Shown here one piece after another: positions 1 to 12,458 of a stretch of DNA of 64,000 nucleotides; the first letter of the stretch is position 1, and every line of letters begins with the position of its first letter. The notes beneath the pieces are model-generated. The model did no database searches. It saw only the letters and a list, made by a program, of their open reading frames with translations, and was not told where the DNA came from. The stretch lies in NCBI GenBank assembly GCA_010015585.1, contig ML975188.1. The stretch is one strand, 5' to 3'. The stretch comes from Eremomyces bilateralis CBS 781.70. Its lineage: Eukaryota. Both the position numbers and the translations under genes were made by a program.

Positions 1-3000
1 ACTGAAGAAGACCTTGGGTTTGATAGCTTCGAAGCCATACTCGGGGGTACGCAGGCCATGCTAGCAAGCGAGCTTAATGAGACGATGCCTACCCTGGATG
101 ACCGTCGTGAACTTGCTGAATACCAGTTCCCGGCAGAGGATATCGAGGATTTAACGCCTGTTGCTAACGATATCGAATCCGATGAAGAGACCGCTACTAT
201 TAGTAGTCAGACGGTGGCTAACACGGAGACAAGTCAAGTTACCCAAGAAGCTCCTCACCCCTTCGCTGCCAACTCCAAGTATTTCATTCCTTCAGATACC
301 TCTCTACCTCTGCCACGCAGGATTGCCACCCAGCCAATGACTGACTTCGCCCTTGCAATGGGCACATGGGTACAGCAGTACGGTGTCCCTCGGTCCCAGT
401 ATAAGGCGCTCGTTGAGGTTCTGAACCTTACTAGCAATAAAGAGATCAGCAAGCTCCCTAAAAGGGTTGATACTATAAAGAAACAAGTGAACGAACAACT
501 GCCCCTCCTCGAAATCCGCTCTAAACCGATTACCCTCAGTGCTAACAAGCTCCCGAGTGGCCGCCGTGGGGAGGCTGAGGCCGGTTTACGAACGCATGCA
601 GAGAACCTCTACTTCTTTAACCCGTTCGAGCTCTTTAGGACAATCTTGAACACCGAGCTACGCTCAAATATGTTCTTTGGGATGGCTAGGTTCGTCGACT
701 CGCCTAAAGAGCTCTGGGAATCTATTGCCTGGGCGTCGTCAATCCGTTGCTCTTCTGGTCAGTACGGCTACTATCCAAATACGACCGAGCCAGTTTTTCC
801 TTCGGATCTCGTCCGTTTCAAATGCAACGATACACAGTGTCTCTGTCAGACGATGACGCAAAAGCCGCATCTTGGCCAAATCGTGGCTTTTGGAAGGGAT
901 TTCCGCACATATCGCGAGCATAGTAGCCCAGAGGGTTCGATTGTCCTCAAGGTCCAGCGGTTTCAGCTAATAAACCAGTTCCTCTCTCGCCCAACGTACC
1001 AAAATCTTACTCTCGACCCGCCTCCTCACTCCCGCGAATTCATTATGCTAGATGATACTATCGACGTTGTCCCCGAAGAATTGATTGAGCGCCTAACAGA
1101 CATTACTGTCTATTTCGACTATGCCTTCAGGAGCTCTGTACAACTCCCTAGCGATCGATCAACAGACAGCCTCTCTCCAAACGAGCATATTGTACGTCGG
1201 GTCTATAACCAGAATACAGGTATCCGGCCTATCTTTAAGACCCACCCGATCCGCGGCGAACTTGAGCTTGAGGTCTATGGGCGAGAATATTTCGTCAGCA
1301 ATTTCGCAAAGCGGAATAGGCCTAGGGGGACGGATATCTTGTCTGTACCTATCCTTGGGTATCTCGATGGCTTCGGGCTCTTCCGTAACATGCACCGTAC
1401 TATTATGGGCTTCTAACTTCTCCTGGCCTGCCTTGTCCAAGCCGAGCGGAATATTCCGGCCAATGTATTTCCACTGACTTTGGGCCCTCACGGTAGCAAC
1501 TTTGACGACGTCGTCGACGCCCTAGAGTTGATGCAAAGACTGGATAGGGGCGTTGATATGGATATCAACGGCAAGACATACTTCGTATGTATTCCCTTCC
1601 TTGCATTCATCGGTGATATGCCGCAGCAACAGCTAAATAGAGGGTTCCTGGGGCCGACCGCAAATTTCAACTGCCGTTTCTGTACCATCGACGCTCCTCG
1701 ACGAGGCAACCTGGACTTTAATATCGTCCACAGTGGTCGGTACCATTTCGAAGTCATGCGTCAACGCCAGCATATGGATTCGGTCTGGCAAAAGACGCAC
1801 CACGAGGCATTCGCCAGAGCCAACGGCATGCGTGTCGAATTCCCTGCCTTGAAGAAGCTGGCCCCTTGCAATCCTATTAATATTGATTGCCCTGGTGATA
1901 TGGCGCACTCCGAAGCAGGTGGTATTACGGAGCTGTTACACTTGGCTATACTTGACCAAGTACTAACCCCCCAAGCGGCTATTGGATATACGCAGAAAGT
2001 ACGCTCGTTCCCATTTCCACCAGGATAGAACCGCATTCAGTCGCCGCTATTTTATATCGGCTCCTATACGCTCCAAGAGCACGCTCGCTGGTCTGTTATT
2101 ATACCCGTTCTCTTCCGCCTTTGGCTACGTGCCTCGCATATCAAGCCGACCTTTCTCCAGGAGGCACATATTGTCTTTAGCACCGAGGTCCTTGAGCTGG
2201 CCGCTGTGGAAAACCCCAAGCTCCCTACCAATGACCATATCGTTACCATTCTGGTCAAGGCTGTTGCATCAGTGGCAAAGGTAAATACTCTCCTCTCCGC
2301 CGCCTATCTGACTACCGCGGAGCGCGCATCCCTACATATGGAGATTACGGCGTCTCGCTCTATGTTCCAACGGCTCTGCGAAGTGGCCTCTCGTGCTGCG
2401 GCAATTCAGACCAGGGCATTCTCTCGTGTTGGTTCTCGTACAGGATCCGTTGAGCCAGGTTCGTCGACGCAGCCAACGCAGACCCCTATGTCTACCATTA
2501 CTGCCTCTACAACTCCAGTAGCCATCACCAAGAAAGAGGCTGCGTCGACCAAAAACAAGGCGGCGGGATACAGGAACAATATCAGTCGCCCCAATGTCCA
2601 TGCTGCCCTTCACTACCCACTGGTACAGGACCAGTATGCACTCGTCTCTAACGTCCATGCTCTTGGTAGTGAGCTGAAGCATCGATCCTATAAGAAGAAC
2701 ATCCTTAGGACGAATAAGAAGCACCCTGAGAAGGATCTCCTTGAAATTGAGAGCTTTACCATGACGCTCCGCTTCTTACTCCATGGGAGTTTCCAGGTCA
2801 CGCATCCCGCCCTTAGTGCCCAGTTCCAAAACCTCCGTGTACGTTGTCCCCAGTTGTTTACCTCCCTGATGCCTCACGCTACGATCGCTCAGCTCCAAGT
2901 GGTCCCTGGAGCTACCGGAGCTGGGGAGTTGGACGCAGACCATGATATCTCCCTGGCTACCAGGGAGGACGATACGCATCGTCAACCGTCTGTGCTTGGT

Positions 3001-3645
3001 CGGATTCCTAACAAGTACGTAGAGCAGACACTCCAGCTCCCAGTGTCTGTCTCTAAGTTCTCCGCCGGGTTTCGCGCCAAACTTTTCCGGTCGTATAGTG
3101 CCGACTACAAGATGCCTGTCAACCATCCTGGCACCCGTCGACTTCGTTGGTGGAAGAAGGTATCGTTTGTCTGGAGGGAGCCGCGCCGGGAGGGGGAGAT
3201 GTAAGTACTATGCAGTGGCATTTAATGGGTAAGACAGGCTGACCTTCTGCTTATAGGAGATCTGAGCAGCGTATCACTCTAAGCCGTGGCCATTACGTAG
3301 AGTATGACAGTGGTATGCTTGGTCGTATCGACCAGATCTTTATCCATGAGGCCCTGAAAGGTAAGCAGCCTCCCTCTTGGCCCGAGTTTACTGCTAATAT
3401 CCCTAGATAACTGCCGCATATTCTTCCTCATTACTCCCGCCGTTCCATTCGAACCGTTACGTCAAGATCGCGTCCTTAATTATCCCCTCTTCGAGCTCAG
3501 CGAAGAGCAGACCCTCGTCGGCCTCCCCTCGATCACCGGACGCCAGTTATACGTTGTCCCGATTACAGAGAACAATGCTCAGCTTACGTTCGACAACGCC
3601 TCTCGCACCGTGATGTATGTCGACTCGAGGATCCAGTTTATGTAA
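1..3645 (+). pseudogene. CACTA/Plavaka-like DDE transposase gene (may be 5'-truncated by the window edge), interrupted by two in-frame stops
   Basis: ORFs 58-1416, 1480-2028 and 2206-3204 share one frame that is open from base 1 and broken only by TAA 1414-1416 and TAG 2026-2028. Introns 3201-3256 and 3361-3406 add two exons ending at TAA 3643-3645. Motifs match the CACTA/Plavaka layout as I recall it: NPFELF..IL..MFF..ELWE..W, PILGYLDGFG (D1), FIGDMPQ..CRFC (D2 + CxxC), GDMAH..G (DxxH), PNVH..HY..ELKH (E). Confidence 0.75.
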
Positions 3646-3879
3646 CAATGGGGGCTTGCTGGCCACTGTAACTAGTGGCATGGAACTCGTGGTGTGGCTG
3701 GTGGAGCATCGTGTTGGTATGGGAGGAGTGCATGGGGGTAGCACCAGGCAAGGCATGTTAGACCAAGGCTGGGAGAACATCGGCAATGAGGCACGTGACG
3801 CTGAAAATCATGTGTATTTTGAGCGCCTCAGGCTGTCAGGCATTAAAATTGAGGAGATCCTATTGGCAGCCACTAGGGC

Positions 3880-4103
3880 CCACTATTCCTTAACAAACCG
3901 TTCACAAACCGTTGAACAACCGGTATTTACACATACCGTAAAATAACCAAACGCCTAACCTAGTCAAGCGCTTATATGGTCTGACGTTTACATGGTAAGC
4001 ATCCGTTAAGTAGCCAAGTGCTAATTTTTACCGTTTGCAGCCGTAACGGGATACTAACAGTCAATAGACGATTACATAAACCCCGGTATGCGCCCTGCTG
4101 GTG
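3880..4103. mobile_element. Candidate right subterminal region/terminus of the CACTA/Plavaka-like element
   Basis: Dense cluster of short (A)ACCG(T) motifs at about 3895-4090, ending in ...CGCCCTGCTGGTG at 4103 (CMC-type elements start CAC and end GTG). The left end lies outside the window, so the TIR cannot be confirmed. Confidence 0.35.
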
Positions 4104-4627
4104 CTTTCGGCTTAGCAAGCGTGGAAAAAGGCCCGCTCTTGATAATTTCGACAGTCGAGACCAATCCTCCTCCATCAACTCTGGAATATACCTATACAGT
4201 AGCCGGATGGTAACTGAAAGTTTGGTTTGGTCCTATTATGGATGTCTAGCCATGTTGGGTAAAGGAGAAGTATGGCAGTTTTCTCCGGCACCTCCTTTCC
4301 TTTACTACTACTGTACATATAACTAGTGCCATACTCCAGATATAAGTATTCGGGCAGATTGGGCATCTCCGGGCGAGTCATCAATACCACGAGGTCAATG
4401 GTCGGGGAGTGGATTTACGAGATTCTCTAGTAACAGGTTCAATTATTGGTGACTTAGGTTGTTGACTGATTCCCGAAGCTCATTCAGGTTAGTATCTACA
4501 GAACTTCTATTCCTAGCGAGCGTCCTCCACTGCATCATTCAAATTAACCAGGGCTACCAATAGCCCCCTTCGTTGACCAAGAAACTCCTCCAATGGACAC
4601 GTCCGCATCCGGGTATCACTCTCCCCG

Positions 4628-6000
4628 TCACAAGTTCCCGCAAACCGGGCCAAACTTCCGATCTGTCACCGGCACGGGGAACACTCCCGCATCCATGAGC
4701 CGGAACGCATCCCACTCATGCGCCCCCTCTGTCTTGAAGTTCCAGAACACCCACCCCTCCGTCTTCGCCTCGTACGCGTCCATCTGCGCCTCGATATACC
4801 CGCGCGTATCGTCTTTATAATCCTCCGTCCACGCCGAGACCTCGCTCTTCCCCTCGCAGCTCCCCGGCGCCGGCTCCGGCCCGCCCGCATACGTCCCGTC
4901 GTACCGCGCTCCGATGCCGTACCCGTTCAAGAACGGCGCACAGTCCGTCATCGCGGCCGTCCACTCGCCCACGAACGTCCACTTGTCCGCGCCGTTGTAG
5001 CTGTCCGCGGTGTTGCACACCTGCTGGCGGTGCTCCCACGGCTCGATGCCGACCAGGTAGTTATCGAACACCTGGTACTCATGGTGGTCGACCGCGACGT
5101 TCCGCGCGTCGTTGTCTGAGGGCGTGAGGAAGCCGTTCCAGGTGTTTGGCGCCAGGAACGCGTCGGAGATGACCACGGGCGGCTCGCCTTGCTCGCGGAC
5201 ACGGCCGTAGCCTTCGCGGTAAAATTGACGGAGATCCTCAATGTTGATTTGCCAGTTGACGGGCTCGTTGGCAAGTTCGATGCCCATCACCACGTCGGAG
5301 TACTCGGGTTTGGCGTACTTCTGCGCAATGAGGGAGAGGACGTGAAGGGCTTGCGCGGAGGTTTGCCCCCAGACGCCACCGTCGAGGAAGGTGATTTGAT
5401 CGCTTGCCATACGTTGACCGGAGTTGTCAAACCCGTTTTGTGAGCCTGGGAGACCGTGCAAGTCGATCATGACTGGCAGGCCGACGGCTCGTGCCCAGTC
5501 GATGGCAGAATCGAGGTAATCGGCGGCGCCTTGGACGTAGGGGGAGTTGCTATTATCGAATGCCCAATAGCCGATAGGAATGCGGATCATGTTGAATCCT
5601 GCGGAGGCGATACGGGCGATGTCACCGGGGCCGACCCAGGTGTCCCAGTGCTGACGCAGGATTGAAGCAGCTTGGTCAGGGAGCCTCTCACAGAGGGTGT
5701 ACTCGTCGACGATTCCCAGGGACTGGTCGACATTGCGGAATACGGAGGGTGTGATCCATCTAAACCAGTCAGGAAGGTGAGTGCAGTATAATGCTCCAAT
5801 TGAACTTACGGCTCCAGAACAAGCCACCCTCCGATGTTGAGGCCTCTTATCTTTTCAGATCCCCAGTTGAATGGAGCGCGTTTCTCGCTGTACGAAGTGA
5901 ATTAGCGTGTTCTTGTCACAAAATTGTTCGGCACTTACATTGGGCCTGCAATGGCAGTTCCTGCAGCTACGAGAGCTGCGAATCTCCTGAGCAGCACCAT
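4628..6000 (-). CDS. exgA: Secreted GH5 exo-1,3-beta-glucanase (glucan 1,3-beta-glucosidase)
   Basis: Exons 6000-5939, 5887-5810, 5759-4628. Signal peptide MVLLRRFAALVAAGTAIAGP, Kex2 site KR, GLNIGGWLVLEPWITPS, IDLHGLPGSQNGFDNSG, catalytic NEP and GEW, WNFKTE. Confidence 0.93.
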
Positions 6001-8272
6001 TCTGTGATTTGGTATCCTCAACGCATGCGACTGTTCGAGGCAACGAAGGAATTGACGATCAGAGAACAGGAGAATTCCGCGAAAGATATATGACTGGGAA
6101 AAACTTCGAAGAGCAGGTGCCCGAAATGTTTCAGCCAGCTCGGAGTAGGTGCAGTAGTGCCGGATAATCCAAGTTGGTCCTCGAACTGTTATCCCTCGAC
6201 CCTAGCAGCCCCTTGTTGTTGGGTATTTTATCTCCTTACAGGCGTTCTTCAATCGTACACGGCGCTTTGATGATGTGCAATGGATCAATCCAGGCCAGGA
6301 ATACTTAGGACAGGGGCTCTCCGGGGGTGATGAGATCGTATGGTATTTCGATAATCCTATTCAGACCGGGAAGTAATGTAGACCAGAACGGTTAGACACC
6401 TTCGCTTCCGGATGAATCGATAAGACAATTTGAAATAAATGGAGATTTCCTTCCGCTGAATGGCCGGTTCGTCTGGGTTTCCTGGAAGTTGGGTGATCTA
6501 AAAGGATAGATGGGAATTCCTTTGCCAGTTCCCACCGGTTTGGCTGGGATGCCAACCTGATTTCGGCCCTGCGATTTCTCGGCTTCTCCAGATACTCCAG
6601 TCCCCGTCCAGTGGGTTGCTGGAATTTATGGGCTTGATAATCTCGGTGGTGCCGATCTGACGATCTTTGGGGCAAGGTGTCATATGCCAATCCCACTACC
6701 GTTGTTGTACTCCGTACGGCGCTATTGCATATCGATGGACCTGGGGTGAAGGCAAAACTCTGGGAGGAAAAGGGCTGAAATACTCTGAGCTAGAAATGGG
6801 GACAATAATGGAGACACTGGAGAACTCTATGTTGAAGAGATGGAGAACTGGAAATGTTGCAAATCCCAATTCGATATTTACCTGTGATGGAGAGCTGGGA
6901 TGAAGTTGCCTTCATTGGCATGGTGTGCACCTGCGGAATACACTCGGTATAGGGTCGGTAAGTGCATCTTAAGACCATTAAGATCCCAAGGAGAAAGACT
7001 TCCTTGATCCTTGGTCTCCATTCTGCCTCGCATTGAAAGAGATCTCGTTCCGGGCGAATTTAAAGATGAAAGAACCACATGTGAAGTGAACTTGGAGGTT
7101 ACATCGGGAGTGCGATGGTGCGTTGGCCAACCGGGATACATGGATGACAACGGGTGGTTGGAGGGGGAGCACGCTGGCAGTAGTGGTTCGCGGTCCGCCC
7201 CCGCCGAGACGTATTGACGTTGCGGATTGCGGAGTGATGGGTGGTAGTTCCATGCCGTACATAGTAGTATGTGTGAAGAAGAAAGAATAATATCAGGTGC
7301 GCAAATCCAGAACACTCAGCTACCTTATGTTTGGTGACGATGAACGTATTGTGGACGGACAGAAATGGGACACGGGGTCCCATGTAGTATATTGACGACG
7401 CTATTTCAGTAGAGAAAAGGAAGGTCTGGAACTCTTGATGCTGTGTTCGGTAATGGAGATATACGTCATACGTTGCATCGTGAGATAGAGTGCGCTCAAA
7501 GGTCCCTTGACTTCATGTTGTGATCCCGAATTCCCATCACTCTGTCAGGTGCTTGTTCTCGGGATAGTCCCTTCGCACTGGGATTCCGTGTGACCCAATT
7601 CACCTCTCATGCATAGAGTAATGCTTTCGCATTTCACAGTCATTGGCAGGGAGGGTTCGAGTTCAACGGCCTGTCGCAAAAGGATGTTGGAATTCGGCGA
7701 GGAAACTTTGTCTTTCCAGAGTGAAATCAAGATCATGCATGGTGGTTCTGTGGCTTACAGAACAGGAACAGAATCGATGCGATTGGTGAGTTGTCATCTT
7801 GATCTTCAGGGCAGTGGTTATTTTAAGGGAGCATCGCCACCATCGTAGATGGGCGCATTCATGATTCAACCACTGGACAACCCCGATGGTTCGGCGTTCT
7901 GTTCATGCAAAGCACAACGACGATCAGGCGTTCAAAAACACACGATAGAACCTAATTGGATGAATTGTTCGAGATCGGATCCACTAGCGAATCCATAGAC
8001 ATACTACGTAGTATGCACTGGAAGAGACGGGGTATATGCATACTGGCCCCAAATCTGGGGAGCGACGATAATTGCTTGTACGAGTTCCCACTCGTATCAC
8101 CACGTCGAAAAACCCCGATACGCCACCCAGCCCCAACTCACGGTGCAGTGCACCGAAGACGCCTCGTGAAACAACGGAAAGGTCAGCCGATATGCGAATC
8201 ATCATCCGCTCTCCGAGACACGAAATATGTACCGGGAGGCTGGCATCGGGAAAATTCCAATAGCACACCGCT

Positions 8273-11200
8273 TTAAATCACCTAGCCTGACTGTTAGCGA
8301 CTGTCGCGACACCCTAAGGGCCACATTGGTTTACCTCCGCGATGCTCTGCTTCTCAATGATGCTCTTCTGCCGGTCGCTCCGGCTCACCCGATAGTAGGA
8401 GTCCGCGAAATCCGCACAATGCATGTACTTGAGGAACTCTTCGTCGTGCGTGATCACGATCAACTGGAAGTTCGCCTGCTGTCGCCGCACCTTGATGATT
8501 TCATGCAAACTCTCCGCAAGCGCCCGGATGTTGTCGATGTCAAGGTTCGTCGTCGGTTCGTCCAGGGCAATCAGCCCGCAATTGACGCCAAAGCATTCTG
8601 CGAGGGCAAGTCGAATGAGAATCGACGCCAGAACTTTCTGGCCCGCGGAGCAGCGTCCCCGCATGTCCATTTCCGTGTCATCTTTTACCATGACGACGCG
8701 GTAGTTGTAGGATTTGTTGCCTTGCTTGGGAGTCTCGTTGTCGGATTTGATCATGATGGTGTCGATGTCGGTGCCTTGGTAAGTCTTGCGCCAGAGTTCT
8801 TCGACAATGCGGTTGATTTCCTCCATCTTGACCGAGTGGAATTTCATGATGGCTTTGTCGAGTGCTGAGCCATATCTACCCAGATCTTCCACCGCCGCCT
8901 TGGTCGTCTCGACTTTGATGTGGGATTCTTTATATTTGTACCCAGCATCTTTGTGGTCCGTATCCCAGATCTTCATGAGCTCTGTCAATTGATTATCCTT
9001 CTCCTTGAGTTCGCCGATGATGGTAGCCTGTTCGGCGGCCAGTCGATTTCTTTGGTCACTCCACCGGGCCCCATCTTGTTCATATCGGTTCTTGTCATCC
9101 TCAGCATTCTGGGCCTCAAGCTCGACAATCTCTTCCTTAACGATATGCAGCTCCCGTAGAGACTGTCGATATCTCAAGTTGTCAGAAATCGCGCGCTTCG
9201 TCTCACCGTGGCTCTTCAACTGGTCTTCAAGCTTCTTTGCCTCCGACGTGACTTGTCGCTGCTCAGTTTCGATATTGGCAATGGTTTCCTCCAGATTTTC
9301 AACTTCTCTCTTGGCACGGTTGAGAGGTGAATCGCCTCCGCGGTCAACGTAAGCAGCTATCTCCTGATCCGCAAGTTGAAGTTGGTTGTTAGATTCTGAA
9401 AGTCGAGTCGACTCTTTCCGAAGCACACTCTCGGCCTCCTCTCCGGCACGACGGATCTCTTCGAGGGTCGCTTCGGCTTCGGTAATCCTTGGAGCTAGAC
9501 CATGGATCTCCGAGTCCCAGCCTTGCACGCTCTCTCGTTGGGTGGCATTATGCTTCTTGAGATCATCCGTTTGCGAAGCAATCGCCGCTTTCTCCTTGAG
9601 CTGGTAAACCGCGGTACTCAATTTAGACTGGATATCGCGCCCCTCGAGCTCCAAGGCGTTGACGTTGCTTCGTGCCCTTTCTCTGTCCGTGGAAAGCTGC
9701 GTGTAACGAGCTTTCGCGAGGCGTAGCTGCTCGTTGACTTGCCTGATCTCATCCTGAATGACTTCGAGGGCTCTGCTCATAGTGCTCGATTCTCTTCGTT
9801 TCCCCTCCAACTCTTTAATTTGGTTGTTGAAGTTGTTGATCTCAGCATGGTACTTCGCAATGGCCTGCACAGTCTTTGACAGTGACTCGACATCCTTCTT
9901 TGCCTCGGTAGCGTGTTGGATGACAATCTCTTGGTCCTCGATTCTAGCCAGGATATCGTCCCTCTTCTTCTCCAAGTCCTTGACCTCGGCTTGAACCGGT
10001 GGGATCTCGTCGTTGAGGCGCTTCCAGATTTCGTAGTTCGTCCGGACGGCATTGACCTGGTTCAGATCCTCTTCTGCTTGCTTAATCTCTTCTTCGACCG
10101 TCTCAGATAAAGCTCTTGTAATCATTTTGTCCATCTTCTCAACAAACTTGTTCATTTCGCGTCCCTCTTTTAGTCGCCGCTCACACAGACGACATGTACT
10201 GTCATCCTTGGCGGTTTCAAGACATTTTTGGTAGTACTTCTTCATCTCACCGAAGCTCGCACGATCAGATTTCTGGATCTGGACACTTGACGTCAGTTCC
10301 TCGACCTCCTGGGGATATTCAGAAACGCCAATATCCTCAGGTAAGACTGCAAGAACTTTTGATTCATTCCCCGCGCGCTCCTTTGTTTTCTGATCAAGAC
10401 TCTTCCTGGAGGTTTGCATCTTGAATTCGATTTGCTGTAGCTCCCTTGTCAGAGAGTCACGTTTGGCCTCCGTCTCTCGGACTGAGGATGACCTCTCATC
10501 CAGAACCGTCTGATAGTTGCGTTCAAGCATGTCGGGGGACCACGAATCCTGCTCAATGCATTTCGAGATGCGAGGGCCATGCGTGTTGATCATCGTCTCC
10601 AGACTCCTCTGCCGATCTTTGACCTCTTTGTGCAAGTAGTCTACCCTAGCTGAATCTCCAGCTTGCTTGGTGCCCTGAATAAGTTCGCCATCCAATCGCT
10701 CCTTCGCTTCGTCTAGTAATCGCATTTCGCCATCAGCTTCTTTTAGCTTCGTATCCCAATCAGCCTGCTGCATATCCGTCTTTGCCTTCGCCAACTTCTG
10801 CTCAACGTCTCCAACCGCAGACTCGAGGACTGCTTTTGCCCCTTCGTCAACATCGATCCCGTCCATTTGCCTTTGCAGCTGGTCGATCTTGCGATCATTC
10901 GTAGCAATCTGCGCACGAGCTCCTTCCTTCTTCTGGAGAAGGACTGATTTCTGCTGAGTCCACTGACTGAGCTCTTGCTGTGCCGTGGCAGTTTTTTCGT
11001 GGGTGTCCCGCCGAGTCCGGTCTAGTTCAGCTTGCTTTTCCCTGACAAACCTTCTGAGACGCTCCGTGAAATCTCTGACTTTCTCATCGGTGAGGTCGAA
11101 CTCGAATCCGTAGATATTATGTTTGCTGGCGATATCTTTGATCAGGGTCTCCCGCGCAGCGATTTGTCGATGATATTGTTCCTTTTGGGCTTCGAACCTG

Positions 11201-12246
11201 CCCAGCTCCGCTTGTTTCTGGCCTAGTGCACGGCGAGTATCTTCCAGATCTTGGGCAAGCTCACGATATCGTCGCTTTTGAGTTTCCACTTCCTGTTCGT
11301 ATATCGCCATCCGTTCCTCATACTTGTCTTGCATCGACTGTAGGTCCTCATCCGAATCGGTCATCTCCTGGATGTAATCCTTCAGCTCGTTCACGGCCTT
11401 CTGAAGCATATCTCCTTGCATACGTTTCCCGTTCAGTTTGCTCACAATACTCTGGAACTGAGCAGCGTGCTCCCAAGCCTCTTCGGATTTGGCTTTAGCC
11501 TCGTTGACCTGGTCCGTGAGTTTAACCGCGTGTTCCCTCAGGGTGTCGATCTCTTCGTAGAGGGCATCCATGCGCTTCTGATCTCGTTCGGCCTTGTCCT
11601 TGTCGTCTTTCGCATGCTGTTCCATGATTTTGAACTTCCCCAGCTCTTCGTTCTGCTTCTTTCTCAGCAATTTGATGTTGTCGATCGCTTTGGTATACTT
11701 CATAGCCTCGAAGATCTCGTCGAACCGCTTCTTCAATGCCGCTGGTTCACTCAGCGGCCACAGACTTTCTTCCTGATGACAGAATATCACGGAATCCAGG
11801 ATTGCCTTCGAGACGCCCAAGTACTGGGGGAGGATTTGGTCAAGTTCAGCCACCCTTGTCGAAACTGTTGTCTTTTCGCCTTCCCTGATCATCATCAGAC
11901 TTCCTTCCAAACTCTTCTGTGTCCTGGTTGTTTTCTTCACAGTCAACTGGAGGTTCCGAGTTGCCACCATCTTAGCCCCAGAAGTGGCCTTGAACGCCAG
12001 CTTGACCTGGGCGTAGACATCCTTTTCACCCGCTAGCTTTGGATCATGTATGAAGGCTCCACCACGTGTGGCATTTGGAGGTAGATCACCAGTGGTGATA
12101 TACTTCAAACATTCTATGATTGTTGTCTTCCCGGAGCCGTTGAGACCAACTATTAGAGTCAACGGAGCGTGGAATTGGATGGCCTCCGCTCGTGTGTTGT
12201 CGAATGAGCGGACGCCCAGAATCTGTAACTTATCGATTCTTGACAT
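8273..12246 (-). CDS. rad50: DNA repair protein Rad50 (SMC-like ATPase)
   Basis: Walker A GLNGSGKTT, CHQEES Q-loop, long coiled coils, zinc hook CRLC, signature CSAGQK, Walker B LDEPTTNLD. Terminal intron 8334-8282 (GTAAAC..GCTAAC..TAG) gives C-terminus IAEVI*. Confidence 0.97.
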
Positions 12247-12458
12247 CTTGAATGAATGATTTACTCAGTCCATCAAATCTTCCATCTCTAGATGTTCATT
12301 TTCACTTCAGATCTAAGGCTGATGGTCATGAGAGTGAAGACGTGAGGCGTGTTGGACGAGATGCGTAGGCAACACGACCTCACGTGATAAAAGTCGTAAA
12401 GTGGAGAGCGGGACGCAGGGGCGTTGGCTGCCTGCTTGGCTTTTAATCAATCAGTGAG

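Noticed and set aside
6100..8250. Short ORFs between exgA and RAD50
   Set aside because: No consistent frame, splice pattern or recognisable protein motif.
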